Assembly: GCA_964606895.1 (NCBI GenBank)
Contig: CAZSHX010000008.1
Location: forward strand, 17,816-81,815
DNA: 64,000 bases
Direction: 5' to 3'
From: an uncultured Hyphomicrobiales bacterium
Lineage (GTDB): Bacteria > Bacteroidota > Ignavibacteria > Kapaibacteriales > UBA2268
The notes below the pieces were generated by a model. The model did no database searches. It was not told the origin of the DNA and worked only from the letters and a program-made list of their open reading frames with translations. Numbering within the stretch: the first letter of the stretch is position 1; each line of letters begins with the position of its first letter. Positions 58,740-64,000 of this stretch are shown here, piece after piece. The translations under genes and the position numbers were made by a program.

Positions 58740-58985
58740 CTATTTTATTTTTGCCAAATTATTAGCCAAATTAGTGTTTTTTCTATGCTTTTTATCCAAA
58801 ACAATCAAGCTGAGAAAAGCAAAATGTTTTCCTAAACTATAAACAATAAAAAATACACCACTATCATAATGGTCGTTATTCAAAGATAATTGCTCGTTAT
58901 TTAGAGCTTGACCTTCAAATACGTCAATAACCGCTTTGATTGCGTCTAATTGGTACTCTTGATTAGGGCCGAAATTAAGTTTCAT
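58740..58985 (-). pseudogene. 5' stub of a type III restriction Res (helicase-nuclease) gene; only about the first 30-45 codons look native
   Basis: The N-terminus MKLNFGPNQEYQLDAIKAVIDVFEGQ matches the conserved start I know from type III Res subunits (MKLxFxxxxxYQxxAIxxVVDxFxGQ). The remainder is low-complexity, and the ORF ends after 81 aa versus about 900-1000 aa expected. No further minus-strand ORF lies downstream. The start overlaps the upstream stop as ATGA. Confidence 0.5.
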
Positions 58986-60214
58986 TGGATAACACTTCTT
59001 AAATTTTGTGGTATAGAAGGTACACCTACTCTACCCATATAAGATAAATATCTTTGCCTAAGTTGTTGAATATAAGGGCTATTTATTTTTAATACTCTCT
59101 TTTTCTTATTAGTGTCTAAAAAGTGACCACCTTTTAGTTTTAATGAAAACCTGAAATCAATTAATGCTGTTTGCCTATCAGATTCACTAAATGCAAATAT
59201 AGGTAGTAAATGTAGAGCAGATATTTCTTGATTATACGCCCGAATTATTTCTTCATTTGTTTTACAAAAATCATTGATAGTTTTAAAACTCTTTTTAGTA
59301 AAGCAGAGTAATTCAACCTTTTCATTCCTTTTAATAAGTTTAGACAAATCACATTCAGGAGAAATTACAATTCCAAAATTCTCTTTACTGAGTTGATAAA
59401 TATCTCCAGTCATAATTGAATCAGTTTCTTGGGGCTTAGAATAATAGAGTTTAGAATATAAATTGAGAATTTCATTTGTTTCAGTTATGCTTTTAAAATT
59501 TGCTACCGAGTAATCACTAATTGACTTTTTTAGTGATGTCTCTTGTATCAGTCTTTCGGAAATTAGATTCTGAAATAATGTAATAACTTCAATTGTAGGA
59601 TCAAGTTCAATAACAGTCGGTTCACCTGTTGTTTTATTGAATTTTCTTACAGAGCTATAAAAAAGTTCTTTAATCCAATATTTATCAGCCTGTTCTAATT
59701 CTGAGAATATTGATTGTGAAGCTTGGTTAATTGTCTGACTCCAAATGAAAGGTACATTCAAATGCTTATTTTTATCTTCAAAGGAATTAATACCATCAAT
59801 AATTTTCTTATATTCTTTATCTGATTCGTTCATGTTCCCTTTAATTTCAAAAAATATTTTATCATTATACAAAGACTGTAATTCCTCCTTTATTTCTTGA
59901 GCAATCTCATTCATTGAATACAAATAGACAAGGGAAAATATTTTCTGAGATTTTAAAAACTGAAACGGATTTTCATCAGGTATGTCTATGAAATTTTCAT
60001 CATCGTCATGTTCTTCAACTTTCCGTTCAAAATTCCAATCAAGAATCAAAGCTTTTATAGTTGACATTGAAGCGACTGCTTTTTCAAGGGTACTTAGATT
60101 GTTTATTGGTAAAATAGAAAAATTAACATCAGAATTAAATTTCTGAAAAAGTTTATTTTCTTCTCTATCAGTATCAAAAATATGATCATCGGCAAATAGT
60201 ATTATTCCTTCCAT
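58982..60214 (-). CDS. Receiver (REC)-like domain protein with an uncharacterised ~270-aa C-terminal domain
   Basis: The start is taken at ATG 60214, with AGGAG 7 nt upstream and 1 nt after the upstream TAA; the ORF-track start at 60277 would overlap by 62 nt. The REC-like pattern is GIILFADD (D9,D10), ALILDW (D59), LVYLYS (S100) and FFEIKG (K125). The C-terminal domain (e.g. GDIYQLSKENFGIVISPECDLSK, INSPYIQQLRQRYLSYMGRVGVP) is not recognised. Confidence 0.55.
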   Translation of the reverse strand: MEGIILFADDHIFDTDREENKLFQKFNSDVNFSILPINNLSTLEKAVASMSTIKALILDWNFERKVEEHDDDENFIDIPDENPFQFLKSQKIFSLVYLYSMNEIAQEIKEELQSLYNDKIFFEIKGNMNESDKEYKKIIDGINSFEDKNKHLNVPFIWSQTINQASQSIFSELEQADKYWIKELFYSSVRKFNKTTGEPTVIELDPTIEVITLFQNLISERLIQETSLKKSISDYSVANFKSITETNEILNLYSKLYYSKPQETDSIMTGDIYQLSKENFGIVISPECDLSKLIKRNEKVELLCFTKKSFKTINDFCKTNEEIIRAYNQEISALHLLPIFAFSESDRQTALIDFRFSLKLKGGHFLDTNKKKRVLKINSPYIQQLRQRYLSYMGRVGVPSIPQNLRSVIQ

Positions 60215-60215
60215 T

Positions 60216-62447
60216 TTATTGCTCCTGATTAAATTTAACAATGAAATTAGCACCAGGGAGTAGTCCTTCTTGTCCATTCTGAACTACCGAAATTTCTCCA
60301 TTAATTCGGAGAAGTATTTCTTTAACGATGTAAAGTCCTAAGCCTCGACCATCTAATTTTAAAGAAAAGAACTCATTATAAATCATCGGAATTACATCTT
60401 CACGGATGCCGGGTCCGTTGTCTGCAATAATTATTGAGCTACTTTTACTATTAAGTTTAAATATAATTTCTTTATCTTTGGATTGATTTTTGTTTACCCA
60501 ATAAACAGCATTATCCAGTAGGTTTATCAAAATTTGCAGGATAAGACCGGTATTGGTTTTAATAATAACATCCTCATCTTTTAATATTTTTACAGTAATT
60601 TTTCCATCTATATCACGCCTGAAATATTTGATAACTTTTTCAATACTTTCATAAACACTTACATCCTTTATTGCTTTACGTTGGTTTTTAAATAGCGGTT
60701 GAATTACTTGCATTTCGTCATATACAAAATTTAGATTTTCATCTAATTCACTCAGCAGTGAAATTAAATCTGTATTAGTAAAATCATGATTCTTTGCTTT
60801 AACTCTAAAGTCTTTTACATTATTTCTCATTTTTGAAAGAAGGGTGAGAGCATCATGCGAAGCTTTTTCTACAGCCATTCCAAGACCAGCTAAATCTTCA
60901 ACTATTTCCATCCTGTCTTTCATCATTATGTTATGTTTTTTTACAGTGTTAAGGAACTTGTTTGCTTTTTCAAGTACTTCCCTGTTGTCTATCTTCTCAA
61001 GACTTGATTTTAAGGAGTTGAATGATTTCTCAACAATATCGACAGAATCACTAAATGATTTCTCTTTTAAAATATTAGCTTTATTTTCGTCAATCTTCTT
61101 TTCTGTATTTAATACTTGCGTAACCAAAGTAACAAGTTTCTTGAAATCCTCATATGCTCCATCAATATTCATCATCCCTTGACGATTGGTTGAGTCTTTC
61201 AATAATGGATTTTCATTTTGCCCCTGTCCAATATAAACAAAACCAGTTAAATCATTATAACTAATATAATCTCCAGCACGTACTCTTGCCCTTAATTTAT
61301 CTAATTCAAGCCAATCATAACCAGGTTCCCCGAAAGGATAAACTCTCACACCATCTCGAAATAAATATACAAAGTTTTGCTTAATAAATTGTTCAATCTC
61401 TTTTGTTAATATGGTTTTATCCCTATTTTTCAAATTAAAAGCATAAAATGAGAATTTAAAATATCCACAAATTGGCTTTCGGTTAAATTCAGTAAACCAA
61501 TCTTTGGTTGTCTGTGATGGATATTGATATTTACTTAGAGATTCTATGCTTAGCAAATCAATTTCTCTGTTTTTAATTTCTCTATAAGGTGCAGTAGATT
61601 TATAAGTGAATTTCAAAATTCCTTCTGCAGTGACTTCACCAATCATCGTAAATTGAGCTCTTTCGATTACATCACTGAAAGTGATAATGTCTTCAGGAGC
61701 ATATTCTTTTTTATTAACAAACATTTTTACAATGAAATCTTGCTTAAAATCTATTTCAAGTGTCTTTGCATTTTCATCTTTTGGAGGTATTAATCGTTGA
61801 ATAGATTTAAACAACTCCTTGAAATCATTAGAATTCCAATTCTCCCTCATGTTGTATATCCTGATCAACGTTCCTTTTTCTTTTTTGATTTCTTCGGGTG
61901 GATTATTTACAAACCAGCTATTGCTAACATCTTCAAGTAACTTGTATTCTTCTGGTGGTTGATTGAACAAATCAGCCTTCTCTGGATTGTATTCAGTATA
62001 ATCCATTTCGAGTCTAATTTCGTTGTTGTTGATTGCTTTTGTATAAAGTCCTATTTTCTCACCCAGCTTATGAATAGCAAATCTACCAATTCCTTTTTCA
62101 CCCTGAATAATTCTACCTTTTACTGTAATATTCTTCTTTTGTTTTCTTTTATCTAATTTTACTGGTGTTGCAGGTCTAAGCCAAACATTAGTGATAGTTT
62201 CTAATGTCATACCATCACCATCATCTTCAACTTCGATAAACGGCTGTTCTTTCTCAGTTAAATAATTCTTTCCATAATTATCCATATTACAAAATCGTAC
62301 TTGTACATTTTCTGCATCAGCATCATAACAATTTTTTAAAATTTCTATAATTGCTACTTTTTTATCAGTAATCAACTGATCACCAATAATATTTATCAAC
62401 CGTGCATAAGGCTTAAATGGTTGACTATTTTGATTAATTATTGCCAT
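60216..62447 (-). CDS. Dual GHKL protein: N-terminal MORC/Hsp90-type ATPase (HATPase_c_3-like) fused to a C-terminal histidine-kinase DHp + CA module
   Basis: The N-terminal Bergerat-fold motifs are EILKNCYDADA (N-box), EDDGDGMT (G1) and GEKGIGRFAIHKLG (G2). The C-terminal part has an H-box-like LGMAVEKASHDALTLL (His531, codon 60857-60855), N-box LINLLDNAVYW, G1 ADNGPGI and G2 DGRGLGLYIV. No TM segments. Confidence 0.7.
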   Translation of the reverse strand: MAIINQNSQPFKPYARLINIIGDQLITDKKVAIIEILKNCYDADAENVQVRFCNMDNYGKNYLTEKEQPFIEVEDDGDGMTLETITNVWLRPATPVKLDKRKQKKNITVKGRIIQGEKGIGRFAIHKLGEKIGLYTKAINNNEIRLEMDYTEYNPEKADLFNQPPEEYKLLEDVSNSWFVNNPPEEIKKEKGTLIRIYNMRENWNSNDFKELFKSIQRLIPPKDENAKTLEIDFKQDFIVKMFVNKKEYAPEDIITFSDVIERAQFTMIGEVTAEGILKFTYKSTAPYREIKNREIDLLSIESLSKYQYPSQTTKDWFTEFNRKPICGYFKFSFYAFNLKNRDKTILTKEIEQFIKQNFVYLFRDGVRVYPFGEPGYDWLELDKLRARVRAGDYISYNDLTGFVYIGQGQNENPLLKDSTNRQGMMNIDGAYEDFKKLVTLVTQVLNTEKKIDENKANILKEKSFSDSVDIVEKSFNSLKSSLEKIDNREVLEKANKFLNTVKKHNIMMKDRMEIVEDLAGLGMAVEKASHDALTLLSKMRNNVKDFRVKAKNHDFTNTDLISLLSELDENLNFVYDEMQVIQPLFKNQRKAIKDVSVYESIEKVIKYFRRDIDGKITVKILKDEDVIIKTNTGLILQILINLLDNAVYWVNKNQSKDKEIIFKLNSKSSSIIIADNGPGIREDVIPMIYNEFFSLKLDGRGLGLYIVKEILLRINGEISVVQNGQEGLLPGANFIVKFNQEQ

Positions 62448-63708
62448 GTTTCACCTTCTTTGCTATTAAAATGTATTCTTCAGGATAAACAAGTTTACTA
62501 TCTTTATTATCTAATTTGGAGAATTTTCCTGTTTTTTTGTCTCTAATAGTCGGTATTAACTTATTCGGGATACTTCTTTTTATAATTTCTATCATTTCAA
62601 ATCCAATAGATGTTAACATTTCGGTAAAAACTTCAGCAGATTTTATTTTAACGTTATTGAAAGTTGTATTACCAATTACTAAACAAATGTGACCATCGTT
62701 CTTTAAAATTCTTTTCATTTCCTTCGCAACAGATTGCATATCATTAAAGTAATTAGCTACTTCTTTAGCTTTTCGTTTATCTTTTTCAGCAAGATTATTT
62801 ACTATTTCTTGTGCTATTCCTGAAAAACAACTTAGTTCTTGATTTAAAGAATAAAAAGTTCCAATAAAGTTTTTTCTAAATTTAGTTAGGTCAGTAATAT
62901 ACTCGTACCAATATGCGGTTAGTTGATGAATATCCGCATATTCATAAGATGTAACATAAGGAGGAGATGTAATAATTGCACTTACGGAATTTGCTCTTAT
63001 TGATGTTTTTCGAGCATCCTCCAATCTGATTTCACATTTTGTTTTAAAGAATTTCTGTGTTACCAGTTGGTTATAAAATTCTGAGTTCTTTTTTATCATC
63101 TGTTTTGAATGTGCAGGAAAAGCTAAAAAAGGATCTGTTGGCACTTTCTTAGGATCAATCTGTGGTTTTGTACTTGATTGCAACCACTTTGAGCAATTTT
63201 TCAATATATGAGACAATGAAACAAGGAAAAATTCCTTAATAGTTTCATCATTTATATCCAAAATTTTATCATAAAGGAAAGCAATTTTAGATTTGTATTC
63301 TTGAGAAAACCAGTAGTCCAATCGGTCGTGAACTGATAAATTAGAATATTTATCTATGTCAAATAATGCGAAGTTATTGACAATCAAGTTAAATTGCTGT
63401 TCTAATTCTTTCGGCTCAATAGGGTTAGTTTTAGCTTTAGTAATAAGCTTTGCAACTGGATTGATATCTACACCAATAGATTTTCTACCATGCACTTTTG
63501 CTTCTACAAGCGTAGTTCCACAACCTGCGAACAAATCGGCAATCAAATCATTCTTTTGAGTATATTCTTCAATTAGCTTTTTTACTAAGTTTGGTAGAAA
63601 TTTAGCTGGGTATCTATGATAACCGTGTGTCCATTGCTCAACAGAACGGACGTTAGTGAAACACCATTCAGGACTTACTTCGATATTTTCAAAATCTCTG
63701 TAAAACAT
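62434..63708 (-). CDS. N6-adenine/N4-cytosine DNA methyltransferase (motif order X-I ... IV)
   Basis: HGYHRYPAKFLP plus DLFAGCGTTLVEAKVHGRKSIGVDINP (AdoMet motif I) lie at the N-terminus. The catalytic motif IV, IITSPPYVTSYEY, is about 180 aa later. An SPPY variant is commonest in N4-cytosine enzymes but not diagnostic. Confidence 0.85.
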   Translation of the reverse strand: MFYRDFENIEVSPEWCFTNVRSVEQWTHGYHRYPAKFLPNLVKKLIEEYTQKNDLIADLFAGCGTTLVEAKVHGRKSIGVDINPVAKLITKAKTNPIEPKELEQQFNLIVNNFALFDIDKYSNLSVHDRLDYWFSQEYKSKIAFLYDKILDINDETIKEFFLVSLSHILKNCSKWLQSSTKPQIDPKKVPTDPFLAFPAHSKQMIKKNSEFYNQLVTQKFFKTKCEIRLEDARKTSIRANSVSAIITSPPYVTSYEYADIHQLTAYWYEYITDLTKFRKNFIGTFYSLNQELSCFSGIAQEIVNNLAEKDKRKAKEVANYFNDMQSVAKEMKRILKNDGHICLVIGNTTFNNVKIKSAEVFTEMLTSIGFEMIEIIKRSIPNKLIPTIRDKKTGKFSKLDNKDSKLVYPEEYILIAKKVKHGNN

Positions 63709-63710
63709 TT

Positions 63711-63941
63711 TTATCCCGTTCTAAAATCCACACCAGCATCCTTGGATTGCTGGATTATGTTTGTTTTTAAATTTCGATAATCATCAAATAACCATAATAT
63801 TAACTTCATATAATTTCGATTAAATAAATTCTCACTGCGACTAGCTCTTAAACCAAGATATTCCAACGTTTCTTTTGATAATTCCCTTGGAAAAAGTTCC
63901 TTCAACTTCTCAATAGTTTTCTCTTTAATAAAAAAAGACAT
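63711..63941 (-). CDS. Small protein of unknown function, first gene of the methyltransferase operon
   Basis: This 76-aa ORF ends 2 nt before the methyltransferase ATG. No motif is recognised, so coding status rests only on position and length. Confidence 0.35.
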   Translation of the reverse strand: MSFFIKEKTIEKLKELFPRELSKETLEYLGLRASRSENLFNRNYMKLILWLFDDYRNLKTNIIQQSKDAGVDFRTG

Positions 63942-64000
63942 ATCATCCTTAATTCACAAACAAATCTATAAAAATAAAAAAAATCAAAATTCAAAAATAC

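Overview
This is an AT-rich bacterial chromosomal window. Hand-counted 60-nt lines give about 28-30% G+C in the last 5 kb and about 40% in topA. The gene content fits a flagellated member of the Bacteroidota/Ignavibacteriota (FCB) lineage. At least ten predicted secreted proteins end in a type IX secretion (T9SS) C-terminal sorting domain, and there is a fliL-fliM-fliN-fliO block with a near-consensus sigma-28 promoter. Housekeeping anchors are an rsmI-like gene (5' partial, with an unusual repeat tail), dnaA, a PAS histidine kinase with a sigma-54-dependent response regulator, ugd, a 2-Cys peroxiredoxin, topA, coaE, tRNA-Glu(UUC) and an OsmC-family gene. Accessory content includes three items. 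First, a tandem array of four paralogous large T9SS surface proteins (25.7-35.8 kb) shows patches of perfect nucleotide identity and complementary domain deletions. Second, a tail-fibre-like surface protein has its signal peptide separated from its body by an out-of-frame G11 tract. Third, there is a glycosylation-type cluster (YfhO-like, GT4, GT-C-like). The most unusual region is the 3' end (about 56.2-64.0 kb). After a compositionally mixed junction with decayed small genes comes a low-G+C, translationally coupled minus-strand operon. It encodes a small ORF, an N6/N4 DNA methyltransferase, a 743-aa protein fusing a MORC/Hsp90-type GHKL ATPase to a histidine-kinase DHp+CA module, a receiver(REC)-like protein with an unassignable C-terminal domain, and a short 5' stub of a type III res gene. 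I read this as a candidate restriction-modification-linked phosphorelay defence module that I cannot match to a named system. All functional calls rest on motif recognition by eye; no searches were run.
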